From Octopus sinensis (Eukaryota): a stretch of DNA of 64,000 bases. Positions within the stretch are counted from its first letter, which is position 1, and every line of letters starts with the position of its first letter. The translations under genes were made by a program, and so were the position numbers. Under the pieces are notes generated by a model that was not told the origin of the DNA, made no database searches, and saw only the letters and a program-made list of their open reading frames with translations. The DNA lies in contig NC_043010.1 in the NCBI RefSeq assembly GCF_006345805.1, positions 64,108,001 through 64,172,000 on the forward strand. The letters run 5' to 3'. Below, piece after piece: positions 1 to 12,159 of the stretch.

Positions 1-707
1 ATACATCTCCTGCTGTGGCTGTGTAGTCCTATCCTGGACAAACACTCCCTCTGGCAGGTGCCGCAAATGTAGCGAAGACTTTGCCGGGCTGTTTATAATG
101 TCATAGTTTCTTGTTGATGTCTTTTCTTGTCTTTCCATTTCTCCTCTCTCTCTCTCTCTCTCTATGTCACTCCTTTGCATTCCCTCTTTTACGGTACGTC
201 GCCAATCTCCACGGTTGCTGGCAACTGCTTCCCTGTTGGTTATATTGATGTTACAGGCATTCATGTCCCTTTTGCAAACATCCTTGTATCGTAAGAACGG
301 TCTTCCCACAGACCTAGTGCCCCTAGCAAGCTCTCCGTTGAGTATGTCCTTGGGGATTCTGCCATCTTCCATACGGCTAACATGTCCAAGCCATCTCATA
401 CGTCTTTTGTGTGAGGAGTACAATGCTTGGTATTCCTGCTTGCTTGAGGACATCTTTGTTGGGGACATGATTCTGCCATTTGATGCGAAGGATTTTCCGG
501 AGGCAGCGCAGGTGAAAGATATTTAGGCGACGTATGGCGTCGTATGGCGTGTGTATGGCGTCCAAGTCTCACTTCCATACAGTAGAGTGCTAAGTACACA
601 TGCCTGGTAAATCTTCATTTTTGTAGTCTTGATCAGCTTATTGTTGTCCCATGCCCATTTGGGGAGTTGGGCCATTACAGCAACTGCATTGCCAATGCGT
701 ATATTGA
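1..707 (-). mobile_element. RTE-clade LINE, 3' fragment (post-RT region and C-terminal C2H2 finger)
   Basis: The minus strand reads ...TTKMKIYQAC..., RLNIFHLRCLRKILRIKWQNHVPNKDVLKQAGIPS and, at 1-72, YICGTCQRECLSRIGLHSHSRRC. These are typical RTE ORF C-terminal motifs, with frameshifts. Confidence 0.85.
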
Positions 708-782
708 GATTAAAATTTAAAACATAGATTAAAATTTTAAAAATAGATTAAAATTTAAAAAATAGATTAAAATTTAAAAAAA
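708..782. repeat. ~20-bp AT-rich tandem repeat, about 4 copies
   Basis: GATTAAAATTTAAAAA(C)ATA is repeated at the LINE/SINE junction. Confidence 0.7.
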
Positions 783-829
783 CAAATCTTTCTCTAAATA
801 TTGTGAAGTATTTGAATATATATACCAAT

Positions 830-1411
830 AGCGGCGAGCTGGCAGAACGCCGGGCGAAATGCTTAGCGGTGTTTCGTCGGCCGTTACGTTCTGAGTTCAA
901 ATTCCGCCGAGGTCGACTTTGCCTTTCATCCTTTCGAGGTCGATTAAATAAGTACCAGTTACGCACTGGGGTCGATATAATCGACTTAATCCGTGTGTCT
1001 GTCCTTGTTTCCTCTCCTGTGTTTTGCCCCTTGTGGGTAGTAAAGAAATAGGTATTTCGTCTGCCGTTACGTTCTGAGTTCAAATTCCGCCGAGGTCGAC
1101 TTTGCCTTTCATTCTTTCAGGGTCGATAAATTTAGTACCAGTTACGCACTGGGGTCGATATAATCAATTTTATCTGTTTGTCTGTCCTTGTTTGCCCCTC
1201 TATGTTTAGCCCCTTGTGGGCAATAAAGAAATAAGAAACGTTAGCACGCTTAGTGGTGTTTCGTTTGTCTTTACGTTCTGAGATCAAATTCCATCGAGGT
1301 CGACTTAGCCTTTCATCTTTTCGGGGTCAATAAATTAAAAACCAGTTGCGTACTGGAGTCGATCTAATCGACTGGTCCCCTTCCCCAAAATTTCGGGCCT
1401 TGTGCCTAGAA
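830..1411 (+). mobile_element. tRNA-derived SINE family A, head-to-tail trimer
   Basis: The head GCGGCGAGCTGGCAGAA (A-box-like), B-box GAGTTCAAATTCC and core GGTCGACTTTGCCTTTCATCCTTTC...AAGTACCAGTT...CTGGGGTCGAT recur three times (about 830-1050, 1051-1232, 1233-1411). Confidence 0.9.
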
Positions 1412-1688
1412 TAGAAAAGAATATATATACCTGTGTGTATGTGTGCTTGTGAGTGTGTGTGTGTGTGTATAAATACACTCAGAGAAGTACGTATGTATGT
1501 ATTTTTGTATGCATGTATGTAAAGATCTGCACTAAGTTTCCGTCTTTCGATTTTAAGGCTGCGTACACATCTTAATCTCACAATAATAAAAGCAATGGAA
1601 CATTGCAACATTGAGTTGTTATGGTTGGAACGCCTTTGATCATAGGGCTACTTCATTAGGGCCAACTTCAGTCCCAACTTTAATAAGC

Positions 1689-1918
<230 letters not shown>

Positions 1919-2164
1919 TATTTTATAACAGTTTGACTCGGCTCTGACGATCTAAAGTTCCCTGGGCTTGTAAGACGAACCCATCTCGTCAGGTATCTAG
2001 TGAAGAGTGATGGGATTTGAGACAAATTTTCAAGATGGCTTCTGAATGATAGGATTTTATTGGTCAATGTAGGTCACGTGGTGATACTCGAGAAAATATA
2101 CACCGTCACTAGACTGTACACTCGTATACTATCCCTGTGTATATGATGCACATGCATGCATATA

Positions 2165-2587
2165 CACCGACACTATTACACCCCCATCCACCTCACCCAC
2201 CCACCCTCCCATCTATCCATCCACCCACCCACCCATCCATCCATCCACCTCACCCACCCACCCTCCCATCTATCCATCCACCCCACCCACCCATCCATCC
2301 ATCCACCTCACCCACCACACTCACCCACCCCTCCCATCCATCCACCCACCCCCCACCCATCCATACATCCACCCAGCCATCCTCCATCTCCCCCCCATCC
2401 ATCCATCCATCCACCCACCACCCACCCTACCATTCACCCACCCATCCCCCCCCCATCCATCCACCCACCCACTTCATTACTATCTGTTATTTACACACTG
2501 CTCTACGTACAATATGTCGCACACACACCAACAGAGTCAATTGGAGAGACACATACAAAATTCTGTGTCATCTCCTCTCCATATAGA

Positions 2588-2636
<49 letters not shown>

Positions 2637-2645
2637 TTATATATA

Positions 2646-2676
<31 letters not shown>

Positions 2677-2725
2677 ATATATAATGTATATATATATACC
2701 TATATACATACATACACACACACAC
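2165..2725. repeat. (CCAT/CCAC)n low-complexity tract and (TA)n
   Basis: Seen directly; the H/P-rich ORFs over this tract are repeat artefacts. Confidence 0.9.
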
Positions 2726-3392
2726 TCTTTCTTTTACTTTCTCTTTCCCCCCATCTTCACATCCAGCTTTCTCCTCATAAATACTCTACTTTCACTATTA
2801 GTCATGTGTCATCACTCTCCAATCTAAGTTCCAGTATTGAACGGAGAGTTGTTGGAACGGGTAGAGCTGTCGGACGGGATGCTCCCTTTGTGTTCTCACA
2901 GCAATCCGTGTGATGGCACTGTTCTAAAAGCTGTGACATTTCTTCTTGATAACATCGGTTGCCATCGAGATGGAAGACTTACCTGTAGAGCAATAGCTTG
3001 TCGTCCACGCGCACAAACAAACAAACAGAACGAGAGACATTGTCCAGGCTTCTGCATTCATTTGCAGAAAAATGCTCGGCCCTAATCGACTGATGTCTCA
3101 AGTCGAAAACTTCTCTCTCTATCACTCCATATCTCTCTTTCTCTCTCTCTCTCTAACTCTGTCTCTTTCTCTATCCATCTCTCTCTCTCTCTCTCTCTCT
3201 CACTCCCCCTCCCTTTCTTGCTCTCTGTCTCTGTCTTGTTTTTTATCTCCGCTCCTTTCTCTCTGTCTTTCTGCTCCTTCCCCCTCTCTCTCTCTCTCTA
3301 TCAATCTATCTATCTATCAATTCCACTCTCTCTGTCTGTCTGTCTGTCTCTCTCTCTCTATCTATCTATCTCTCTATCTATCTCTCTATCTC

Positions 3393-3481
<89 letters not shown>

Positions 3482-3729
3482 ACCATACACACTCTACACA
3501 GGGCAACGTTCTTACGCCATCACTACCGCTTCCTTTTAAAACAGTTCTCCTCTCCTTCCTCCCCACCCTCACCTTTTATTACTCACAACCCTCTCACCTT
3601 TCTTCTTCCCCCACTCTCTGACGCATAGACCGCACAAAAGTGCAATTGTGTGTGAAAAGATACAGGAGTGGATTACGTGCGTATGCATACATACACACAT
3701 GTATGTGTATATATATATATATATATATA

Positions 3730-3935
3730 TAAAGTTAATCCAAACATGAAAACACAAAGAGAAAACAACAAAACGCGAGGACGTGGAACAAATATAGTAT
3801 TATTGGACGCTCAGAAAGAAGGGAAAGAAGGAGGGTTTTTAACGTTTCGAGCGGAGCTCTTCGTCGGAACATAGAAGGAAAGATCCAGAGAAGGGAAGAC
3901 AGAGGAAAAAAAAATAATAAATCGCCAACGGTACA
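3730..3935 (-). mobile_element. ~200-bp (TA)n-flanked element carrying a minimal hammerhead-like motif (Penelope pseudo-LTR-like)
   Basis: Close inverted homologue of 6425-6640; contains the motif at 3836-3872. Confidence 0.7.
3836..3872 (-). ncRNA. minimal type-I hammerhead-like motif, U4C core variant, weak stem I
   Basis: Minus strand: TGTT CCGACGA A GAGC-TCC-GCTC GAA ACGT T^AAAA. Stem III is the palindrome ACGT; only 2 bp of stem I are retained. Confidence 0.4.
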
Positions 3936-3944
3936 TATATATCC

Positions 3945-3995
<51 letters not shown>

Positions 3996-4006
3996 ATATA
4001 TATATA

Positions 4007-4057
<51 letters not shown>

Positions 4058-4186
4058 AATTGCGAAGATGATCCCATTTCTTGACTGAAGATTGAAGGCT
4101 TCGAATGTCCCGTCCGTTTTTTTTTTTTTGTGTCCGTCTTCTAAATGTTTCACGTTCTTGTCCCAGTTTGTACTTTTTTTTACTTT

Positions 4187-4233
<47 letters not shown>

Positions 4234-4403
4234 TAGATCTATTCCATGTCAATTACAGATTTTTTAATCAATTTGTTATTGAACTAAACAGTTTGAATAT
4301 ATATATATAATATATATATATAAATAATAAATATTAGGGAATAAATCCAAATTTACAGGGAAAAATCAGATTTAGGATTAAATCCAATTTTATAGTAAAA
4401 TAT

Positions 4404-4576
4404 TATAAAATATTATAGAGACAAAACCACTACATTTTGCAAAACAAACAAGGAAGACTAATCAATACATAAAATTTTAATAAATAGTCTTTTTGACTAT
4501 TTATTAAAATTTATGTATTGATTAAGTCTTTCCTTGTTTGTTTTGCAAAATAGTGGTTTTGTCTCTAATAATATTT

Positions 4577-4580
<4 letters not shown>
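4404..4580. repeat. long near-perfect inverted repeat (~87-bp arms, 5-nt spacer)
   Basis: TATAAAATATTATAGAGACAAAACCAC...AATAAATAGTC-TTTTT-GACTATTTATT...GTGGTTTTGTCTCTAATAATATTTTATA. The arms differ only by small indels. Confidence 0.9.
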
Positions 4581-4629
<49 letters not shown>

Positions 4630-4924
4630 CACTCACATGAACATACTCACATATAATGCCATGCTGGTGGGTGACAACACGGGAGTATATTAGTATCTAT
4701 ACAATCTTGCTGCTACCTTACACACGCGCGCACGCACACACATGCGCCCACGCGCATCACCCACCCAGGAAATAGTTGTAAATTGTAAACAAGGGAGATG
4801 ACTACGTGTTTCTCACAGAAAGCCCCGCCAATACTTACCACGACTGACAGACGATCAGCTTCTCAGCGAAACACGCCAACCAGTCGCTTTCTTAAATAAG
4901 CAACAACGCTATTATCAATGCTAG

Positions 4925-5825
4925 ACTCAGAACCACCACCACCACCGTCGCCCCTACTATCACCATTACCATCATCACTACCATAACAACCACCACCACC
5001 ACCACCACCAGCAGCACCCCCCCCAACTATCACCACTACCATCATCACCCTCACCATAACCACCACCACCATCAGCACCACCACCAAAACCATGACCACC
5101 ACCACCACCACCACCACCATCCCCCAACTATCACCACTACCATCATCATCACTCTCACCATAACCACCACCACCACCACCGCCCATACTATCACCATTAC
5201 AATCGTCACCACCGCCACCAGCACCACCACCACCACCACCACCGCCCATACTATCACCATTACAATCGTCACCACCGCCACCACCACCACCACCACCACC
5301 ACCGCCCATACTATCACCATTACAATCGTCACCACCACCACCACCACCGCCCATACTATCACCATTACAATCGTCACCACCGCCACCAGCACCAAAACCA
5401 CCACCTGCACCGCCACCACCACCACCACCGCCCATACTATCACCATTACAATCGTCACCACCGCCACCAGCACCTGCACCACCACCACCACCACCATCAC
5501 CACCACCACCACCATCACCGTCGCCGCCGCCGTTGACACCGCCATGCTATTATAATCAGTTATCACCATCATCGCCAATATGGCCGTCATTACTCTCATT
5601 TCCAATTACCGTTGCCATCGCCGCCGCCACAACCGTCTTCTATATTATTTCTCTCTTCCCACTCGTTTAATTTTCTACTCATCACAGCGTCTTGTCTTCC
5701 ATTTCACTCTGCTGGCATCACCAACCGCCACCTCCGCCACTACTGCCACCACCACCACCACCACCACCACCACCACCACCACCGCCGCCGTCACCACCAT
5801 CGCCACCACCACCGCCGCCGCCCCG
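4925..5825. repeat. (ACC)n-based microsatellite with embedded GCCCATACTATCACCATTACAATCGTC subrepeats
   Basis: Seen directly; it gives rise to the poly-G, poly-V and poly-T pseudo-ORFs. Confidence 0.9.
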
Positions 5826-6390
5826 CAGCCGCATCCAGTCTCAACGTTGCCATTATCTATCTTTTCCTTCTCCGCCCTCACCCAGTACCCGGAGCCCACC
5901 TGAGACCACTGAAAAACTTGGTAAAAGTTAATCTCTTTAACTTCTGTCAATTGGCTGCCATCCAAGCTCACATCGAAGCTTCTGTGTATCGCAAACCACT
6001 CGCACGCACGCACGCACGCACGAACACAGAGAAATGCCCAGAGTAACGTACAAACTCACACATTCACATGAACACAATTTGCACAATTTGATATGTACAG
6101 AAACATATTCCTGCGCGCACGAACCAGAAAGAACATACATGTACACCCATACGCATACATAAGCTTACACACATGTACACACATTCTCAGACCAATACAC
6201 AGGCTGACATAAACACATATACACAGATGTATGCGTACACACAGATATATACACACTCAAGTGGACAAATAAATAGATAAATACATACACACACACATGC
6301 ATATAAATACATTCACACATAGATACATACATACAGATACATGCACACATAACATACATGCAGGTACATGTACACGCATACATACGTACA

Positions 6391-6423
<33 letters not shown>

Positions 6424-6424
6424 T

Positions 6425-6640
6425 CAAAATGTGACCGCGTGTGTACCGTTGGCGATTTTATTTTCCTCTGTCTTCCCTTCTCTGGATCTTTCCTTCTATG
6501 TTTCCGACGAAGAGCTCCGCTCGAAACGTTAAACCCTCCTTCTTTCCTTCTTTCCTGAGCGTCCAATAATACTATATTTGTTCCACACGTCCTCGCGTTG
6601 TGTGCTTTTTTTGGCTTTCTTGTTTGGATAACTTTATACA
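6425..6640 (+). mobile_element. ~200-bp microsatellite-flanked hammerhead-bearing element (same family as 3730-3935)
   Basis: Shared sequence GTACCGTTGGCGATTT...CCTGAGCGTCCAATAATACTATATTTGTTCC..GTCCTCGCG. Confidence 0.7.
6500..6534 (+). ncRNA. minimal type-I hammerhead-like motif (dimer-type), U4C variant
   Basis: GTTT CCGACGA A GAGC-TCC-GCTC GAA ACGT T^AAAC. Stem I GTTT/AAAC, stem II GAGC/GCTC, palindromic stem III ACGT, predicted site GUU after 6530. Confidence 0.55.
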
Positions 6641-6753
6641 TACTTGTGAGATTTTTGCTACCCTGGTACTATTTATTTATTTTTTTTTTTCCCGTGTTAA
6701 TTGTTAACAAGGTAAAAATATACTCTTCTATATACATATATATATTATATATA

Positions 6754-6796
<43 letters not shown>

Positions 6797-6962
6797 CTAT
6801 ATCTTTATTTGTTGAAATCAAAGATGAATTTTCTTGTTACAGATTATTCAAAAGTTTAACCGATACCTGGGTAGCAAAAATCACAGCAGAAACATGTGTA
6901 GAATGTAATAAAAGGAATTCTGTACAATCTTCGTTCAACTCCATTTCTTCCATTCAATAATA

Positions 6963-7008
<46 letters not shown>

Positions 7009-8726
7009 GTTAATCCAAACACGAACAAAGAGAAAACACAACAAATCGAAGACGTGGACAAGTATCGTGTTATTGGACGCTCAGGAAACCAATCATAAGC
7101 AACCCAGGTGGGCAACGACCCTACGAGAAAGCATAAAGAATTTAGGTCGGTGAAATGCCATTATAAAGTGAAAGGTGAATGGTAAATCAACAACACTCAT
7201 TGGAAACAACAGCAAAACTGTTCGGAGATTCTACTGTAAATCTCAAGGGGAAGTTTCTAGTCCTGAAACATGAACTCAAGACCAAGATTGAAAATGTTTG
7301 CTGCTAGAGGAAAGTAGAGGGTGGGCCATAATGATGGCTTGCGTTTTAAATGCTAGTATCTTGGATTATGAGAATGACATAGATTACCAAATATATTTAT
7401 AGCATAACTGATATACAGAAGATCAATATATTATCTATGATTTGAGTATTACATCCTGGAGACAGTCACCAACACAGAATGAACATTCCCAAGCTTGCTC
7501 TCTCTCATATCAAGAACACTGCGGCTTAACTGGAATGGCTACTGTCGCCTTTCTCAAGGATCACATTTCGGGATCGTACCTGTCGCTTTCCAAATTGCTG
7601 TCGGAATTTTCTTTTGACTGCAACGATGGATCTTTGACGGTTAATCTTTAGTGTAAAAATGAAAAAGGAAGAAAAAATAAGTGTAATAGGTTTAAAATAA
7701 TGTATAGTAAACGAATATGAAAAAAAAATTGAGTTCAACGTCCGAAACATTTATAATGTTGAAGGTTATGCATAGGTATATCCCATAAACTTGAAGAAAA
7801 TGACAATTTCAACATAAAGTGTAACCTCTCTTCGACTGGTGACCGTTACATCATGTCACATCTCAAAGGCTACACTTTTGCATTCCCAAAGCAGGAGATA
7901 GCTACGAAATGTCTATTGCACAAATGGTACAACAAAACCCTTCAGCTCACAAGATGCTGCCTCGAATTTAGACTGTGCCATTATTTTGTGGAGAATTTAA
8001 CATACATATTCTACCCAAAAACGTCAACAAGGTACTACTTCCCACTCGATATGATGTTGCCAAAATGATATACCATGATATCAACAGAAAAACAATCTCT
8101 GCTATTGAATTCATACATTCATATCATCTCAAGGAATAAGGGCAAAGCATTATCCTCAAAACGTCTACCAAGTACAAGCAAAACAAACCTGATATATGAG
8201 TATTTGGGGCACAAAAGAAAAGCAGGGATTAGCTGCTCTGTTCATGTTAACATCTCTTCTAAAACCAGCTTCGAAACCTGCAACTCTTCTTCCTTGGTTA
8301 TAAATATACGCTTATACCAAATAATTAGCGGTGCACTTCGTTATGTTGGTAAATATCAAAACGACAATCTGAAAATGCTAGGATTTGGGGGTAAAGAAAG
8401 CGATCGGTTTATACGTACTTTGCAGATACGATCTACGAGTGGAACAGCGAAAATATGTGCCAGGTCAATCGGAAACAATTATCTTTGTTGTTATTCAAAT
8501 TCCAGAGATGGAGGAAACTTTGTTTCTCTGTTACAAACAACTGCCACATTCTAGGAAGAACTCAAACAAATAAAAGAAAGTGAACTTACACATTGATTTA
8601 GACATACATACATACATACATACATACATACATACGTACACACATACATACATACATACACACACACCACACATACATACATACATACATACATACATAC
8701 ATACATACTGAACATCTCTTTGTTAT

Positions 8727-8788
8727 AGAGTCTGACGAGCTGTTTACAAGGTTGTGGCTTTGGTGGATACGAAACCTTTGTTAACTCT
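8727..8788 (+). ncRNA. type-I hammerhead-like motif, partly decayed
   Basis: AGAGT CTGACGA G(C)TGTTTAC...GTGGATAC GAAAC CTTTG TTA^ACTCT. Stem I AGAGT/ACTCT is intact; position 16.2 is G>T relative to the 8901-8970 homologue. Confidence 0.6.
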
Positions 8789-8900
8789 TTGACCAGAACT
8801 GAACATTTCGTTTTAATAACGACTGCTCTATTCTTTGGAGTGTGCTTCTTTTCTGATATATATTTTATTGACTCTATATATATATTATAGCAAAATTTTA

Positions 8901-8970
8901 TATAGAGTTACCCAAGGTTTCGCACCCACAACAAAGGCAAGCCTTGTGGATAGCTTGTCAGACACTATAT
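8901..8970 (-). ncRNA. type-I hammerhead-like motif downstream of a GIY-YIG fragment, G8A
   Basis: Minus strand: ATATAGTGT CTGACAA GCTATCCACAA...TTGTGGGTGC GAAAC C-TTG-G GTA^ACTCTATAT. All three stems can form; the core has CTGACAA instead of CTGANGA. Confidence 0.65.
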
Positions 8971-9104
8971 GAATACAACATTTTAAAATAGTTACATCGT
9001 AGACACGAAGAAATGCTCAGGACTTGAGGAATAGGAAAAATTGTTAATGGGTACGGGTTATTTCCCTTATCAGAGGGGGAAAAATCCTTTATATACTCGA
9101 GAGG

Positions 9105-9654
9105 GCTAACAAGCAAACAGGGTGATCCAATTTTCCAGTGAGTAGCGCTTGAAGTGGATACATTTAGAAAACACTTCTTTGCGGCTGTTTAATGCGCCAG
9201 TCTTCTTAAAGACTTTAATAATTTTGGTTCTCTCCTCGAAGCAGATCTTGAAACGGCCACTTCCATTAATATACGGGCCCGGAAAAATCAATTAATTTCC
9301 ACCTGACATCATACGGGGGGCCCTTGCTCTTTGAGGTGTACTTGCCGAACCTATATATTTATAAACATGTGATGTGGCCCTTTTCGCACTCCTGGTAACA
9401 TATGGCACGGGGTTGGTCATCCCATCGGGTTCGAAGATGAATGTTTGGTCCTCATCTGAGGGAGAGGAACTGGGAATGGCAGATATCTCCTTCAAGTCAT
9501 TGGTTCTGGATAGGTCGTTATTTCCATGTGTGGCATTTGTACTGGTCACACTCTCTGCATCTATGGTTTGTTCATTATCCGTGGCGGTGGTACCGGGATC
9601 TTCGGTGACGCTCTCAGTGATGCTGGTCCCGGATTGGTTATTATCGCTGGCCAA
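9105..9654 (-). mobile_element. Penelope-like element GIY-YIG endonuclease relic with Ser/Thr/acidic leader
   Basis: ORFs 9292-9654 and 9106-9291 give ...VPYVTRSAKRATSHVYKYIGSAST... and CFEERTKII...LNSRKEVFSKCIHFKRY, matching the PLE C-terminal pattern YIG...C-E-x-I...LN-R-E-SKC-H. Confidence 0.75.
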
Positions 9655-9750
9655 TCCTTTCGGGATTGATTAAATAAGTACCAGTTGCGTATTGGGGTCG
9701 ATGTAATTGACATTATCTCCTCCCCCAATCTGCCCTTGTGGCAAAATTGG
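9655..9750 (+). mobile_element. SINE family A, 3' fragment
   Basis: ATCCTTTCGGGATTGATTAAATAAGTACCAGTTGCGTATTGGGGTCGAT. Confidence 0.8.
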
Positions 9751-9798
9751 AAATCATTATCATTGTTGTTGTTGTTATTATTATTATTATTATTATTA

Positions 9799-9831
<33 letters not shown>

Positions 9832-10042
9832 GGCGAGCTGGCAGAATTGATAGCATGCTGGGTGAAAAGCTTAGCTGCATTTCATCTGTCTTTATGTTCT
9901 GAGTTCAAATTCTGCTGAGGTCAACTTTGCCTTTCATCCTTTTGGGGTCAATAAATTAAGTACCAGTCGCGTACTGGGGTCGATGGAATTGACTCGTCTC
10001 CTCTCCCAAATTTCAGGCCTTGTGACTTTAGTGGAAAGGATT
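9832..10042 (+). mobile_element. SINE family A
   Basis: GGCGAGCTGGCAGAA head, GAGTTCAAATTC B-box and shared core. Confidence 0.88.
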
Positions 10043-10399
10043 CTTTCTAGCTGGTAGAATGACCACCTAATTTTCCCCTATTTACTTGTTGGATGTGTAG
10101 TTGGTTTGTTAGATGTGCAGTTGATGGTTGACAGAAACCTAATCAAATGCCTACAGTTTATAGTGACGTATTTCTACATTCTGAGTTCAAATCATTGTAA
10201 GGATGAGTTTGTCTTTCATCTCTACAATGTTCATCAAAGTAATACTGAGCAATCACTGAGGTAGATATATTCAACTTCTCCCTCCACCATCATCACATTC
10301 ACTCCACAAATATCTTTGGGGTTTTGGATAATTTCATGTTCAAAACAAATATTTATTTCTTTATTGCCCACAATAAATTTATTTCTTTATTGCCCTGGC

Positions 10400-10950
10400 C
10401 AATCTCGGACATGACCGGACTGATCAAGCGGCATTTGGGGTTAGAGGCAAAATGTGTATGTGTGTGTGTATGTATATATGCACACAAACAGCTTTCATCT
10501 AACAACAAAACATTATCCCACAAGTCACTTGCAGTACTGGCATCGACACTAACGTTTGGGATACTCAACTGGTCCATCTGGGAATTCCGCTCCATAGGCA
10601 TTTAAACGCGCAAAAGCTTGACTTCAAAGAGAAGCTTTCTCGAAAATAGTGATTTTACCAATCTCAAGATCCTGTCTAAGAAGAAAAAGAAAAAAAGAGG
10701 CCTAAGGACCAGGCAGCATTTGGGTGTCATATTTATTACTGAGACTGAAACACCTGATAAACAACATCAGTAAAAATAAATGCATCACCCAAGTGCTCAA
10801 AAGTAAAGGGAACTACAAGTCATGGGTCAAGAGTGAATTCCTCCATAAGTGCTCATCTTACGATGCGATCTCACCTAACGCAAGAATTGCTGGATTAGAG
10901 AACCTTTATGAAGCTGCATAAGAGAAACACTTTGTATATAGAAAAAAGGT
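10400..10950 (+). mobile_element. possible degenerate non-LTR (R4/Dong-like) RT C-terminal relic
   Basis: QLSSNNKTLSHKSLAVLASTLTFGILNWSIWEFRSIGI*TRKSLT loosely resembles the N-K-I-AIN..AV-V--YSFGI--W...RK-LT pattern (recalled). Confidence 0.3.
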
Positions 10951-11099
10951 TATGTATAAGGTTATGTTTCCCGTCAACTTGAGAGTGATGTTGATACTAA
11001 CACGAAGAATAACCTTAAACTGGTGCTGTCACATAACGCTACATTTCAAATGTTGTTATCTTGCAAGCCAAGGAAAAGTGATACCTATGAAATATATAT

Positions 11100-11291
11100 A
11101 TTTCTTTACTACCCACAAGGGGCTAAACACAGAGGGGACAAACAAGGACAGACAAACGGATTAAGTCGATTACATCGACCCCAATGCGTAACTGGTACTT
11201 AATTTATCGACCCCGAAAGGATGAAAGGCAAAGTCGACCTCGGCGGAATTTGAACCCAGAACGTAACGGCAGACGAAATACGGCTACGCAT
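11100..11291 (-). mobile_element. SINE family A, head truncated
   Basis: Reverse complement of the family A core and tail (CCCACAAGGGGCTAAAC...GGAATTTGAACCCAGAACGTAACGGC). Confidence 0.9.
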
Positions 11292-11642
11292 GGACAAAAG
11301 GGAAGCCCTTAAACCCTCAAAATGCAAACGAAATTGTCAATAGTATATAGCTGTAAAAAGAATATCCCAGATTCTCCTCCATAGCCCTCAGTTCTTGACA
11401 GGTCTACCTTTGTCAGGCTTCCACTAGAGAGAGACTCTTACAAGTCTCATTGTGGACATTTGGAGCACGTAAGCTCGCATCTTCTGCCATTTCACGGCGA
11501 TGGTATCCGATAGGTTACACAGGGCTACTGGGCACATATGGGCCTACCCACGCTCATAATAAGCCATACCAGGTGCTTTGATGATCTCTCATTGCCCGAT
11601 GCATCCACGGGGAGCGAAAAGAACGAAAACTAAAATTAAATT

Positions 11643-11681
<39 letters not shown>

Positions 11682-12002
11682 AAGGTGTGTGTATGTTTCT
11701 GTATGAATGTTGTATGTATGTATGTATGTACTCACATGCATGCACACACAGATATGTTTATTACACAGACAAGTTAATTAAACTTTAAGAAAGAGAGGGA
11801 TCACTAACATCGAAGTTTTATCGGACTGTTCGATGAAGAGTAGCCGAAACTTCGAAATTACTGTCAATCCCTATGCAAAAGTTTAATAAATATGTGTTCT
11901 GCTCGAAAATGTATCGAGTAATTCTTCATATTTTTCAATTTAAAGTTAAAATTTTAAATTGCTTTCTTTTGTTTTGTTTTTAAATATACAACTTGATGTT
12001 GT

Positions 12003-12090
12003 AGGCGGCGAGCTGGCACGATCGTTAAGCACATTTACGATCTGAGTTCAAATCCAGCCGAAATCGATTTTGCCTTTCATTCTATTTACC
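12003..12090 (+). mobile_element. SINE family A, 5' fragment
   Basis: AGGCGGCGAGCTGGCA...CTGAGTTCAAATCC...TTTGCCTTTCATTC. Confidence 0.7.
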
Positions 12091-12159
12091 TTCTTTCCTG
12101 AAATGCTGACCTTGGGCTAAAATTTGAAACCAACTTATAACTTCACAAACATGTACGTA

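Noticed and set aside
1940-1995. CTGACGA...GAAC...GTC hammerhead look-alike
   Set aside because: The GAAA box lacks an A, and stems I and III do not pair convincingly.
4863-5931. Gly-rich, Val-rich and Pro-rich ORFs (GGGGDDCNGDSM repeats)
   Set aside because: They are translations of an (ACC)n microsatellite, open in several frames, with no splice or codon evidence.
11822-11872. TCGATGA-AGAG...CTTC-GAAA...GTC^AATCC look-alike
   Set aside because: The core is scrambled and stem III is broken; at best a heavily decayed copy, so it was not counted.
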